This document shows, in pieces, positions 24,221 through 34,193 of a DNA stretch of 64,000 bases (position 1 is its first letter; each line of letters begins with the position of its first letter). Both the position numbers and the translations under genes were made by a program. The stretch covers positions 448,001 to 512,000 of the forward strand of contig CAWGMQ010000004.1 of NCBI GenBank assembly GCA_963823665.1, given 5' to 3'. This DNA is from an uncultured Planctomycetota bacterium (GTDB taxonomy: Bacteria; Planctomycetota; Planctomycetia; Isosphaerales; Isosphaeraceae). The notes under the pieces are model-generated. The model was not told where the DNA came from. It searched no databases and worked only from the letters and a program-made list of their open reading frames with translations.

Positions 24221-24257
24221 TCCGATAGTGTATATCGGAACACTATTCGCTCGTCAA
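24221..24257 (-). promoter_or_regulatory. Sigma70-like leaderless promoter overlapped by palindrome ATAGTGT-N8-ACACTAT (copy 1)
   Basis: Minus strand TTGACG...TATACACT-ATCGGA-ATG; palindrome at 24225-24246. Confidence 0.65.
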
Positions 24258-24450
24258 CCTCGATGGTAATAGTTCACGGAACTTGATCTTGAGTCGGAGC
24301 TCAACGATCTTGTTGTCCGACAACGCGCTCACGTACGGATGCAAATGCGTGGCGGACTTGCGATAATCCAGCCGAGGCGACTCAACTCCCGGGCCGGCCC
24401 CCGATGCCGGGGCTTTCGCCAGATCGACCACCGACGATCGGAGACCTGCC

Positions 24451-25089
24451 ATGACCGCCGCCGCCGACCGCCATCTCCTCTTCGGATTGCTCGCGCTTCA
24501 GAACGGCCTGATCGACCAGGTACAGCTTGTCGCCGCCTTCCAGGCCTGGACCCGCGACAAAGCCAGGAGCCTGGCCGACCACCTCGAAGCGCGCGGCGAC
24601 CTGACGGGCCCGAAGCGGGCCGTCCTCGAGGCCCTCGCCGCGGTCCACGTCGAAACGCACGGTGGCGACGTGGAGAAGAGCCTGGCCGCCATCCCCGCCA
24701 ACCAATCGACCCGCGCCGGCCTGGCCGACCTGGGCGAGCCCGAGATCGAGGCCACGCTCGCCCGGATCGCTCGGCCCAAGGACGGCCATGCCACCGAGGC
24801 CGACGATGATCACGATCACGACCCCGACCGCACCGGCACTTTGGCGGTCGGCGGGTCGACCGGCGATGGCCAGCGGTTCCGCTTGCTAAGGCCTCACGCG
24901 CGGGGCGGACTCGGCGAGGTGTTCGTGGCGCTCGACAGCGAGCTGCACCGCGAGGTGGCGCTGAAGCAGATCCTTGAGAAGCACGCCGACGACCCGGTCA
25001 GCCGCCAGCGGTTCGTGCTGGAGGCCGAGGTGACCGGCGGGCTCGAGCACCCCGGCATCGTGCCGGTTTACGGTCTGGGCCGCCCCTGA
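24451..25089 (+). pseudogene. Planctomycete Ser/Thr kinase, N-terminal part only
   Basis: 'DRHLLFGLLALQNGLID' N-domain, 'HARGGLGEVF', 'VALKQI'; ends at HPGIVPVYGLG, before the catalytic loop. Confidence 0.85.
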
Positions 25090-25130
25090 TACCCTTGGAT
25101 GGCCCCGGCATCTTCCTCCAGATGAACCTC

Positions 25131-25349
25131 ATGTTCCGTATATCGAGAGACGGTAGCGACCATATCATCGACGTCGACCAAGTCGAGGCGATTGAGCCCG
25201 CGGTCCGCTCGAGCAAGCCAGGCAAGCATCACGTCGACCAGATCGAGCGAGACCCGCTTCCGTCAGGTCACACGTCCCGCCGGTGGGGAGTCGCGATCAA
25301 TAATCCGGACGGTCGGGTGATTCTCGAGCCTGATCCTTGGCCCGAGTGA
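25131..25349 (+). CDS. Small hypothetical protein (PLPSGHTSRRWG...LEPDPWPE)
   Basis: Its 3' half is repeated at ~45048-45143; overlaps the convergent small ORF by 53 bp. Confidence 0.55.
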   Translation: MFRISRDGSDHIIDVDQVEAIEPAVRSSKPGKHHVDQIERDPLPSGHTSRRWGVAINNPDGRVILEPDPWPE

Positions 25350-25581
25350 CGCCGGGCGGCTTCGCAGGTGGCTTCGCTGATTCTCGCCCGTGCGATTGGC
25401 AGAACAACTCCGCATTTAGCTCCTGCACTGCTTCGTAAGCTCGGTGGATCGCAACGTAGATCTGTCCGCCGGGGTCGAAACCCAGTTCGTCCATGCGGCA
25501 ACGGCATCGGTAAAGGAACTGGAGCATCGGCCGGATGCGGTCGCGGGTCGCTTGTGCTTGTCTTCGGCTGAGTATCCTCAT
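25297..25581 (-). CDS. Conserved small helical protein, copy 2 of 3
   Basis: Paralogue of 23957-24220 and 45091-45375. Confidence 0.7.
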   Translation of the reverse strand: MRILSRRQAQATRDRIRPMLQFLYRCRCRMDELGFDPGGQIYVAIHRAYEAVQELNAELFCQSHGRESAKPPAKPPGVTRAKDQARESPDRPDY

Positions 25582-25618
25582 CCCTGTAGTGTATATCGGA
25601 ACACTATTCGCTCGTCAA
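25582..25618 (-). promoter_or_regulatory. Leaderless promoter with palindromic operator (copy 2)
   Basis: TAGTGTATATCGGAACACTA...CGTCAA, nearly identical to copy 1. Confidence 0.65.
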
Positions 25619-25984
25619 CCTCGATGGTAGCTGAAAAAAGCCTGACGCACATCACAACGTCAGGCCCTGGTGGCCCTGCTGAAGTAACCGCGCGATTGCG
25701 GCCCAGTTCACAAGCAGTGCAACCGTAGTCACTGGAGTGAAGACCTACCGCCCGGTAGACTACACTACGTTCTCACATGCTCGAGTGCTCCGACGCCGAG
25801 CACGGCGAGACGGTTCTCGCCGACAACGAGGCGATTCAGCCAGGCATCGAGTACTCCCGACGTACAGCGCCGGCGATTTTTTGAGATGATTTTGGTTTTC
25901 TCCGCAAGTCTGCCACGCCCAAGACGTCTTTGTGTTTGAGGCGGGCTCCGATGGCCGGGGTGACCCGAAGCGGGAGATGTCTTT

Positions 25985-28900
25985 ATGGAAGGCCAGGCCT
26001 CCCCTCATCCAACGCCCGAGACGTTGCGTGCTTACGCGCTCGGTCTACTCGACGAAGTTTCGGCCCAGATCGTTCACGACCACCTTGAGCATTGCCCTGA
26101 CTGCCGGCATCAGATTTCTGAGATGGCGCCCGACAGCTTCGTCGGCCGGCTCCGCCACGCCGCGGAAGGATCGGGGATGCCGACGATTGATCGGCCAGTT
26201 GGCGCCAACCAGGAGCCCGAACCGCCAATCGCCCATGGTGTCACGATAGACTCGTCCGCTGGTCCGTGCATGTCTGACACCGGCCCTGTCGACGCGACGT
26301 CCGCCGCCCAGAACAATCCGAATGCGTCGCCCCTACCAGCGGGGACGCGCGTCGGCTACTTCGGCGATTACGAGCTGCAGGGCGTGTTGGGCGAAGGGGG
26401 AATGGGAATTGTGTACAAGGCTCGGCAGCTCAGCCTGAACCGCCCGGTGGCCTTGAAGATGATCAAATCCGCCCGGTTCGCGGGTGCCGATGAAGTCCGT
26501 CGGTTTCAGAACGAATCCGAGGCTGTTGCCTGGCTCGATCACCCCAACATCGTACCGATTTTCGAGGTTGGCGAGCTTGAGGATCAGCATTACTTCAGCA
26601 TGAAACTGATCGCGGGCGAGAGCGTCGACAAGCGACCGGGCGACTACATCGCCAAAGTGAGGCACGCCGCCGAGCTCATGGTTATCTCCGCGGGTGCGGT
26701 CCACCACGCTCATCAACGAGGCATACTTCATCGCGATCTGAAGCCGGCGAATATCCTGATCGACGCGGAAGGGCGGCCTCATGTCACGGACTTCGGTCTG
26801 GCAAAGCGGGTCGAAGGAGACAGCGGGCTCACGCAGACGGGCGCGATCTTGGGAACACCGGCTTACATGGCACCCGAGCAGGCGTCGGGTAAGCGCGGGA
26901 CCGTAACCACTGCGACCGACGTCTATGGTCTCGGCACTGTCCTATACTTTCTGCTCACTGGGAAAGCGCCGTTCGGTGGCGTCTCCGTGATCGACACACT
27001 TGAGCTGGTGCGCGAGCGATCCCCAGAGCCACCCACGAAGCGAAACCGACGGGTGCCGCGCGATCTGGAGGTGATCTGTCTGAAGTGCCTGGAAAAGGAT
27101 CCTCGCCAGCGATACGCGAGTGCGGATGCACTGGCCGAGGATTTGAAGCACTGGCTCGCCGGAGAGCCAATCGTGGCACGGCCGGTTGGGAACGCGGCGC
27201 GGCTGTGGCTGTGGTGCCGGCGCAATCCGGTAGTGGCTTCGGCGACGGGGCTGGCGACCGCAGCACTAGCCGGCGTCGTGATCCTCTCATTGCTCTCCGC
27301 CCGACAGCAGGCGGCCCTCGCAGCCGCCCAGAAGCGCTTCATCGAAGAACAGATCCACCACGGCCAAGAACTTAAGGCGTCGCTGGCCGCCTCAAAACGT
27401 CGCCAGGCCATGCTCGACTTCGAGCGCGGTCAGGCTTGCTGCGAACAGGGGCAGATCGGTCTCGGCTTACTCTGGTACGTGGAGTGCCTTCGGGCCGCAG
27501 CGGATGCGCAAGATCCGGATTGGAAGAATGCAGCTTCGTCCAACCTTGTAGCATGGCAGCGACTGCAACCGCGTCTGACAGGCGTCTTCGATAACGGTGC
27601 AGCAATCACCAGAGTCGCTCTAAGCCGCGATGGCAAGAGCGTGTTAACCGGTAGTGAGGGCTCGGGCGCGCGACTTTGGGATGCACTAACGGGTTTACCC
27701 ATCGGTAAGCCGATCGAGCATCAAGGCAGCGTCGAAGCGGTAGCCTTCAGCCCGGACGGTAAGACGATCGCCACCGCAGGCTCGGACAAGACAGTGCGGC
27801 TTTGGGACGCGGCAAGCGGTCATCCGATCGGCAAGCCGATGGAGCATGACCAAGACGTTCATTTTGTGGCCTTTAGCCCCGACGGCAAGACCATCGTCAC
27901 GGGTACCCGGGAGTCCGCGCGGCTCTGGGATGCCGCCACCGCACTGCCTTTGGGCAGGCCGATCGAGCATCAAGGCGAGGACGCGTTCGTCGCAGCCGTG
28001 GCCTCAAGCCCCGACAGGAAGACGATCGTGATTGGAAGCTCGGACGGAAAGGCGCGGCTCTGGGACGCCGTCACGGGCTTGCCCATCGGCAAGATTATCG
28101 AGCATCAAGAAGGCGGAGTCTCGGCAGTAGCCTTTAGCCCCGAAGGCAAGGCCGTCCTCACCGGCGGATACTATACCGCGCGGCTCTGGGACGCCGCTAC
28201 CGGGCTCCCCATCGGCCGCCCCATGAAGCACGATGGTTCGGTGTCCACCGTGGCGTTCAGCCCCGACGGAAGGATGATCCTCACGGGCACTATGACGAAC
28301 CCGCGCAACACCTACGCAGATTACAGTGACGGTAACGTAGATGAAGACGAAGAAATCGAGTTGGGGTGGCAGGACGAACATGAAGCGTCAGTGTGGCTCT
28401 GGGACGCCGCCAGTGGTCGCCTTCTCGCCAAACCCCTTGAACACCAAGCTGGGGTTGATGAAGTGGCGTTTGGTCGCGGTGGGAATAGCATCCTTGTCAG
28501 AAATGTCGACGGAATGGCACGCCTGTGGAACGCCGCCATCGGCCCGCAAGTCGGCAAACCCATCGAGTGGGACGGTCAAGTCGACGCTGTGGCCTTCAGC
28601 CCCAACGGCAGGACGATCGTCACCGGAAATGCCGACGGTACCGCGCGCCTTTGGGATGCGAGTGCTGGGAGGCCCGTCGGGAGAGTTATGGCGCATCTCG
28701 CAGCAGACGTTACCTCCGTGGCATTCAGCCCCGATGGCAAGACCGTTCTCACAGTGAGTGGGATGGCGCTGCTTTGGGACGCCGCAACAGGCCGACCCAT
28801 CGGCAAGCCGATCGAGCAGGAGGGAGGGATCGATACCGCGGTGTTCACTTCAGACGGTAAAGCTGTGCTTACTGTGGGCAACGACACGGCCCGACTTTGG

Positions 28901-30316
28901 GACACTGCCACCGGTAGACCCATCGACAAAACGATGGAGTATCAAGGCGGGGTCAGCGCTATTGCCCTGAGTCCCGACGGCAAGATCGTCGCGACCGCAG
29001 GCTTGGACCACACTGCACGCCTCTGGGACGCCGCGAACGGTAGACCCATCGGTCCGGCAATGGAACATCGAAATGCAGTCGAGGCAGTAGCGTTCAGCCC
29101 CGGCGGCAAGACGATCGTCACCGGAAGCTCGGATAGCACGGCGCGGATCTGGGACGCGGCGAGCGGTCAACCGATCGGCAAGGCCATGCGGCATTACGCC
29201 GGCGTTGGCTCCGTGGCTTTCAGCCCAGATGGCAAGGCCATCGCGTCCGCAGACTCGGACGGGACAGTGCGGCTCTGGGATGCGGCCACCGGTGAACCTA
29301 TCGGCCCGCCCCTCCAGCATAGAGTCAAATTCGTGATCGCGGGCAGCCAGTCCGACCCACATGCAGTTTTTGACGCGCCCGAAGAGTCCGGGGGTATCGC
29401 TTATTATCCCAAGGGGTCTGTGGCATTCAGTCCTGACGGCAAGACCGTTCTTACCCGCGGCACAGATGGCGAACCGCCACGCCTGTGGGAGACTCCCACG
29501 CAGCTTCCAGACGACCCGCCGCGCCTCGCTGCCTGGGTGCAAACACTAACCGGCCTAGAACTAGATGAGCAGGGCGTGCCGCATATGCTCGGTCCTGTCG
29601 CTTGGCGTAACAGCCGCGACCTGCTACTTCGACTCGGCGGCCCACCTGTGGCGGATGCCGATCATGTGCTCCGCCCGATTCCGCTTGGCCCACGTCCAAC
29701 GACACGTGCCCTCGCATCCGTGGAGCGCGAAAGTTGGGCGGAGATAGACTCGACAGTCAGACTCCAACAGGGTGTCTTCGACTACAACATTGAGAATGAG
29801 CCATGTCCCGGGCGCATCCTGGCGCTGTCGGAAGCTGGCGCGGGCGGTGGGCTTCGGAGGGTAGTCTCCGACTTGCTCGAACGATTCCGCGAGACGACGA
29901 TGCCTTGGACAGCTAATCATGTCGCCTGGTGCTGCGCGCTGGCGCCAGACGCAGTTGACGAACCCGAAGTCCCCGTGAGACTCGCTGAACTCGCCTTGAA
30001 GGGCATGCCCACCGAACAGAAGCACTTAGCTCTCAACACGCTTGGCGCTGCGCTCTACCGCGCTGGACGGTTTGAAGAGGCAATTCTCCGGCTACAAGAA
30101 GCGATTAATTCGCGCAACAGTGCGGACGAGCCCGCCGACTGGCCGTTTCTGGCGATGGCCCACCACCGCCTTGGGCACCGCGACGAAGCGCGTCATTGGC
30201 TGCATCGCTTCCGAAGCCACCCGGACGTAGGGTGGCAGATCGCGGCGCTCCGTAGCGAGGCAGAGGCAGTGATCCTTTACGACCCGGTGTTTCCGGCCAA
30301 CCCGTTCGCTCGCTGA
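25985..30316 (+). CDS. Ser/Thr protein kinase: zf-HC2, kinase, TM, WD40 repeats, TPR-like C-terminus
   Basis: HxxxCxxC ('HLEHCPDC'), GEGGMG, VALK, HRDLKPAN, DFG, APE; many 'VAFSPDGKT...ARLWDA' repeats. Confidence 0.95.
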   Translation: MEGQASPHPTPETLRAYALGLLDEVSAQIVHDHLEHCPDCRHQISEMAPDSFVGRLRHAAEGSGMPTIDRPVGANQEPEPPIAHGVTIDSSAGPCMSDTGPVDATSAAQNNPNASPLPAGTRVGYFGDYELQGVLGEGGMGIVYKARQLSLNRPVALKMIKSARFAGADEVRRFQNESEAVAWLDHPNIVPIFEVGELEDQHYFSMKLIAGESVDKRPGDYIAKVRHAAELMVISAGAVHHAHQRGILHRDLKPANILIDAEGRPHVTDFGLAKRVEGDSGLTQTGAILGTPAYMAPEQASGKRGTVTTATDVYGLGTVLYFLLTGKAPFGGVSVIDTLELVRERSPEPPTKRNRRVPRDLEVICLKCLEKDPRQRYASADALAEDLKHWLAGEPIVARPVGNAARLWLWCRRNPVVASATGLATAALAGVVILSLLSARQQAALAAAQKRFIEEQIHHGQELKASLAASKRRQAMLDFERGQACCEQGQIGLGLLWYVECLRAAADAQDPDWKNAASSNLVAWQRLQPRLTGVFDNGAAITRVALSRDGKSVLTGSEGSGARLWDALTGLPIGKPIEHQGSVEAVAFSPDGKTIATAGSDKTVRLWDAASGHPIGKPMEHDQDVHFVAFSPDGKTIVTGTRESARLWDAATALPLGRPIEHQGEDAFVAAVASSPDRKTIVIGSSDGKARLWDAVTGLPIGKIIEHQEGGVSAVAFSPEGKAVLTGGYYTARLWDAATGLPIGRPMKHDGSVSTVAFSPDGRMILTGTMTNPRNTYADYSDGNVDEDEEIELGWQDEHEASVWLWDAASGRLLAKPLEHQAGVDEVAFGRGGNSILVRNVDGMARLWNAAIGPQVGKPIEWDGQVDAVAFSPNGRTIVTGNADGTARLWDASAGRPVGRVMAHLAADVTSVAFSPDGKTVLTVSGMALLWDAATGRPIGKPIEQEGGIDTAVFTSDGKAVLTVGNDTARLWDTATGRPIDKTMEYQGGVSAIALSPDGKIVATAGLDHTARLWDAANGRPIGPAMEHRNAVEAVAFSPGGKTIVTGSSDSTARIWDAASGQPIGKAMRHYAGVGSVAFSPDGKAIASADSDGTVRLWDAATGEPIGPPLQHRVKFVIAGSQSDPHAVFDAPEESGGIAYYPKGSVAFSPDGKTVLTRGTDGEPPRLWETPTQLPDDPPRLAAWVQTLTGLELDEQGVPHMLGPVAWRNSRDLLLRLGGPPVADADHVLRPIPLGPRPTTRALASVERESWAEIDSTVRLQQGVFDYNIENEPCPGRILALSEAGAGGGLRRVVSDLLERFRETTMPWTANHVAWCCALAPDAVDEPEVPVRLAELALKGMPTEQKHLALNTLGAALYRAGRFEEAILRLQEAINSRNSADEPADWPFLAMAHHRLGHRDEARHWLHRFRSHPDVGWQIAALRSEAEAVILYDPVFPANPFAR

Positions 30317-30404
30317 GTTGCCAATTGCGTCCATCGACTCGCGGGACCGACCAGCCCCGGACCACTGGACGCACGGAACCCCGTCCGCAGGGTTGATCGA
30401 GCGA

Positions 30405-30537
30405 CTTCTGGAATTCTTCTGCACATGTTGCCCGTGTCAGCCCAATGCGACTACAATGCGAATCACAGCGGGGGTTATCGTCGACACCTGCAAAATCCCT
30501 GAAATCAACGTCATTCCAACGTCAGCCCAACGTCAGA
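30405..30537 (+). mobile_element. att-arm-like region with direct repeats CAATGCG x2 and CAACGTCA x3
   Basis: Also found at ~50749-50882, directly before the second tRNA fragment. Confidence 0.6.
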
Positions 30538-30609
30538 CGGATAGCAGACGCGCCGGACTCAAAATCCGGTCCCAGCAAGGGGGTATGGGTTCAAGTCCCA
30601 CCTTCGGTA
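30538..30609 (+). tRNA. 5'-truncated tRNA-Leu(CAA) (att-site remnant), copy 1
   Basis: GCAGACGCG, CCGGA-CTCAAAA-TCCGG (anticodon CAA 30560-30562), long variable arm, GGG-TTCAAGT-CCC, CTTCGGT-A. The 5' acceptor strand (GCCGAAG) is missing. Confidence 0.9.
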
Positions 30610-31018
30610 TTAACAACTCGGGGTGAATCGCACCGTCGTCGACGCATGCGACTTCTATCGCGCTGGAGAAGCGATACAGTCTTCCCCCTGCTCGGTTGGT
30701 GCACGGGCTTGGTTCGCACGTTTACTATCTTGCCAATAACGGACCTGTCCCGGTTTCCCCCCCATCTTGATCGAACTCCGGCCTTTCGCCGGCCGGAATG
30801 GATTCACCCAGCGGTGACGAATGCTCGCTGTTCGATTTTGGGGGCAGTGCAGGCCGGGCCGTTGCCATAGAGCATGCGCGGGGCAGGACTGTGCTTGTGC
30901 GCGGTGGCGAGCGGCGTGCCATCTTATTCTTGGCGGCTGTTAGGTGCTGACTCGAGAAACGCTCGGATCCGCACGGTGGCGGCTCTTCGGTCCAGGCAGA
31001 GAATACCGGGTTTGGTCG

Positions 31019-32788
31019 TCAGTCGGTGACCTGAATTTCGCGGAGCTCCTCCTCCGTTCGAGCGGTATCGTAGAGGGTTGCAGTGGATATCAGGGCGACC
31101 CGGGTGCTGGTTTCGTGCTTGGTCAGCGGCCTCAGATGGTCCCATCCGTCGATCTGCAGTTTGGGCCGATCGCTGCGTGCACTGAGGTCATCCTCCAAGT
31201 ATTGGAGATACTCGAATGTTGTGTGATCGATGAGGGGCACGGCCGGGCTCAGGTGAAGGCAGATCTCCCGCGTGTTGGGCGGCCGGTTTCTCAGCTCGCG
31301 AATCATGTGGAAGATGTTGAAACAGACGAGGGGGCCATTCACGAACAGGTGGCACTTGTCGGCGTCGACTTCCCTGCGGCTCACTGGGTTGCGAAAGAGG
31401 CTCACGAAGCGGGGGAGCAGACGCGCGTCGACGGGCGCCGAGGAATCACCATCCCGCAGGCTGCTCCACAGGCCCAGGTACCACATGCGGATCACCAGTT
31501 CCATGGCGATGCCGGCGAAGATGCCGATGAGCAGGTCGGTCGAGACGGTGACCAGAACGGTGACGGCGAAGACGAGCAACTGCTCCATGCCGATGTGCGC
31601 GACTTTTGCCCAAACCTTCGGTCGGCAGAGCTTAAAGCCAATGAAGACCAGGATCGCTGCCAGTACCGTTTTCGGCACCATGTTGATCAGGTTGCGGCCG
31701 AATATGAGGAGAGTCAAAAGGAAGCACGCGTTGAAGAAGTTGGCCCATTGCGTGCGGCCGCCTCCCATGATGTTGGCGGTGCTCTTGACGATTCCGGGAA
31801 TGATCGTCAATCCGCCGACTGCGCTCGAGCACATGTTGCAAGCGCCCATGGCGAGCAAGGTGCGGTCGGGGTCGGAGCGGCGGCGATAGGGATCGAGCTT
31901 GTCCACGGCGGCGATCGTGGCCAGGGACTCGGTACCGTCGATCATTACCAGGAGGACAACGAGGTACGCGAGCGGCAACCAGAACTGGTAATTGCCCAGC
32001 GCTTTCCCGAAACGGGGCAGAACGATACCGTTCTCGAGCAAATTCGCGGGCACGTTGATCAGGTTCTGTGGGCCCAAATGCAGGAAGAACAGGCTGACCG
32101 CCGTGCCCAGGATGAAGATCCACACTGGAGGCGGCATGAGCTTGAAGAGCCGCCAGGGGATCGCGGCCAGGATAAAGAGGAGAGCGGTGCACACGATCCC
32201 CAGTCCCAGGACCTGGAGATTCATCGACGCGAAGTGATGAGGTGCTTCCTGGAGCATGGGCCAGAACTCATGGGCTTCGAAATCCAGGCCCATGAACAGG
32301 GGTATCTGCTTGGCGATGATCAGGAGACCAATAGCCGCCAGCATGCCCTCGATCGCGGCCGCCGGGAAGATGGCGCTCAACCGGGCCACTTTCAGCCTGG
32401 CGAGAACCAGTTGCACGAGGCCGGCGCAGCAAATAGCCACCAGCACGAGGGGGTAACCCGCCTTTAGCATTTCGTCTTGGCCGGCGCGCTTGCCCACGTC
32501 TACGCTCCCGAGCCAGATCATTCCGGCGAACAAAGGCGGCGCCAGTCCGGCGGCGGGCCCGCTGATCGTCACGTACGACCCACCCAGGAACGGGAGTACG
32601 AAACCAGCGATGATCGCTGAGATGATCCCGCATATCGGCGGCGCGCCGGAGGTTATGGCGATCCCCATCGAAAACGGCAGTGAGATCATCGACACCATGA
32701 ACCCCGAACGTAGATCGTACGGCCAATGCTTCAGACCCATCAGACCGTTCTGGGGCTTCTCCATTGTTTTTGTTGAATCAACGTGCAT
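31019..32788 (-). CDS. sulP: SulP/SLC26 anion (bicarbonate/sulfate) transporter with C-terminal STAS-like region
   Basis: 'DLRSGFMVSMISLPFSMGIAITSG', 'ISGPAAG', 'IVKSTANI..GGRT'; many TM helices. Confidence 0.92.
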   Translation of the reverse strand: MHVDSTKTMEKPQNGLMGLKHWPYDLRSGFMVSMISLPFSMGIAITSGAPPICGIISAIIAGFVLPFLGGSYVTISGPAAGLAPPLFAGMIWLGSVDVGKRAGQDEMLKAGYPLVLVAICCAGLVQLVLARLKVARLSAIFPAAAIEGMLAAIGLLIIAKQIPLFMGLDFEAHEFWPMLQEAPHHFASMNLQVLGLGIVCTALLFILAAIPWRLFKLMPPPVWIFILGTAVSLFFLHLGPQNLINVPANLLENGIVLPRFGKALGNYQFWLPLAYLVVLLVMIDGTESLATIAAVDKLDPYRRRSDPDRTLLAMGACNMCSSAVGGLTIIPGIVKSTANIMGGGRTQWANFFNACFLLTLLIFGRNLINMVPKTVLAAILVFIGFKLCRPKVWAKVAHIGMEQLLVFAVTVLVTVSTDLLIGIFAGIAMELVIRMWYLGLWSSLRDGDSSAPVDARLLPRFVSLFRNPVSRREVDADKCHLFVNGPLVCFNIFHMIRELRNRPPNTREICLHLSPAVPLIDHTTFEYLQYLEDDLSARSDRPKLQIDGWDHLRPLTKHETSTRVALISTATLYDTARTEEELREIQVTD

Positions 32789-32921
32789 GAAGATCGTCCT
32801 TTCGGGCTACGCCGCTTCTTCAGGAGGGAGATGAGGAATGGATTGTATGATCGGAAGGCCGCGCATTGAACGCACAGCTCGTCAGCCGATCCCGGGCGCC
32901 ATCAAAGTGGCCACGTGGACG

Positions 32922-33560
32922 CTACATCGCCGACTTCCATAGACCCATGATTCGCTCCCGATCTAGTGCGGAAAAGGATTCGATCGATTTGCCCTCCCGC
33001 TTTCGGAGGAGGTCTGTAGGACCCGACGGTATTCGCCGATCCTCAAGCTCGCTGGGTACCAGGTCAGACGCCGGATTGTTCCGTCTGCGCAATTCCTGTA
33101 CTGCACGGCTGCGAGTTTCCGAGAGCAGCCGCGCCCGCGCTGCCGCAGGCGCGTCCGGCCGGATTTGCCGGAGCGCATTCGTTTCGGCCGCGTACCAAGC
33201 TAGCTCCTCTGCCGAGCCGATAATCAAGGGATACTCAACCATCGCCAATTGCAAATCGAGGAGCGTGCCGAAGAACGGGACCGACTGGCGCGCCCGCTTA
33301 CCAAGGGTTTGGTCGACAACCGCTCGCAGGTCGGCATTGAGCACCGCCGCAAGTCTCGCGCATTTGTAGTCACGGCAATCGAGTTGGGCCGAAGCGGAGC
33401 CGCGTTGGTGGGTTGCATCCCCGACTGCCGCCGTGGTCAGTCCTTCGCCGAAGGCGTAGAGACTGTCGCGGTGCAGGAACAACGGAGGTGACTCCGAGAA
33501 TGATCGCGCCGCGTGCTCAATCGCCGAAATTAGCTTCATGTCATCGTTCTTTTCTGTCAT
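32922..33560 (-). pseudogene. dabA: Degenerate N-terminal fragment of DUF2309/DabA (inorganic carbon pump subunit)
   Basis: 'AIEHAA...LFLHRDSLYAF' resembles the DabA FIHHNTLHAF start; 'ELAWYAAETNALRQIR' resembles planctomycete DUF2309. Only ~210 aa, with no Zn-ligand region. Confidence 0.6.
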
Positions 33561-33759
33561 CGCGGAGGGCGGGTGAAGTGTCCGCGCCCCCACGACCCAT
33601 GGCCCCGGGTCCGATCCTTGCATGACCGGGACGCGCTCAACGAAGGACAGAGCCGGCCCGTGATGGCAGGAAGGCGGCGTCCTGAGTGCTGTTAGCCCTC
33701 ATCTGTGCGGCGCAATTCGGCGATCACGCGCCTCGTTCTTGGTTTCGTGGTGACGACGC

Positions 33760-33826
33760 TCTCTTGACATTTTTAGGACTTAATCGAATATTGTCCAAAG
33801 ATGTCACATTGAGTCAAGAATGTCCT
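33760..33826 (+). promoter_or_regulatory. AT-rich sigma70-like promoter with GACAT/ATGTC inverted half-sites
   Basis: TTGACA (33764-33769), 17 bp, AATATT; TCTTGAC...GTCAAGA inverted pair; lies between divergent gene blocks. Confidence 0.55.
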
Positions 33827-33868
33827 GCCTGTACCAGTCGACCGCACCTAGCGGCAATGGGGGATCGA

Positions 33869-34036
33869 ATGCCCGAGACCGTCGTTCACTTCCAAATCCG
33901 CATGCCGCCGGTGGTTCACGAACAGCTCGCAAGTTGGGCCAAGGACGAGAAGAACTCGCTCAATGCGCTGATCGTGTCGCTTTTGGTCGAGTCCGCGGCG
34001 CGCCGAGACGCGGAGACCACCCGTGCGGCTGGCTGA
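33869..34036 (+). CDS. Arc/ribbon-helix-helix (HicB-C-like) DNA-binding protein
   Basis: 'VHFQIRMPPVVHEQLASWAKDEKNSLNALIVSLL' fits the RHH pattern. Confidence 0.8.
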   Translation: MPETVVHFQIRMPPVVHEQLASWAKDEKNSLNALIVSLLVESAARRDAETTRAAG

Positions 34037-34193
34037 CAATCCACGGTCGTTGCCATTCGCGCTGCCATGCGATGATCCGCGACATCACCCTGGTCGGCTA
34101 CTTTGGTCGTGCCTGGGCTCTCGGCGCGAGGCGTGTTATACTGAAATCGCCCCCTTTCTTAACACTTTCGGCGAAGGTACGCCGTGCCCCACC

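Larger units (their letters stand above)
25256..27238 (+). repeat. ~2-kb diverged direct repeat (with ~45049-47039): small ORF + intergenic + zf-HC2/kinase domain
   Basis: Colinear nucleotide similarity from CGCTTCCGTCAGG to the RRNPVVA codons. Confidence 0.9.

Noticed and set aside
30538..30609. Functional tRNA-Leu genes (also 50883-50957)
   Set aside because: No 5' acceptor strand complementary to CTTCGGT, so treated as att remnants.
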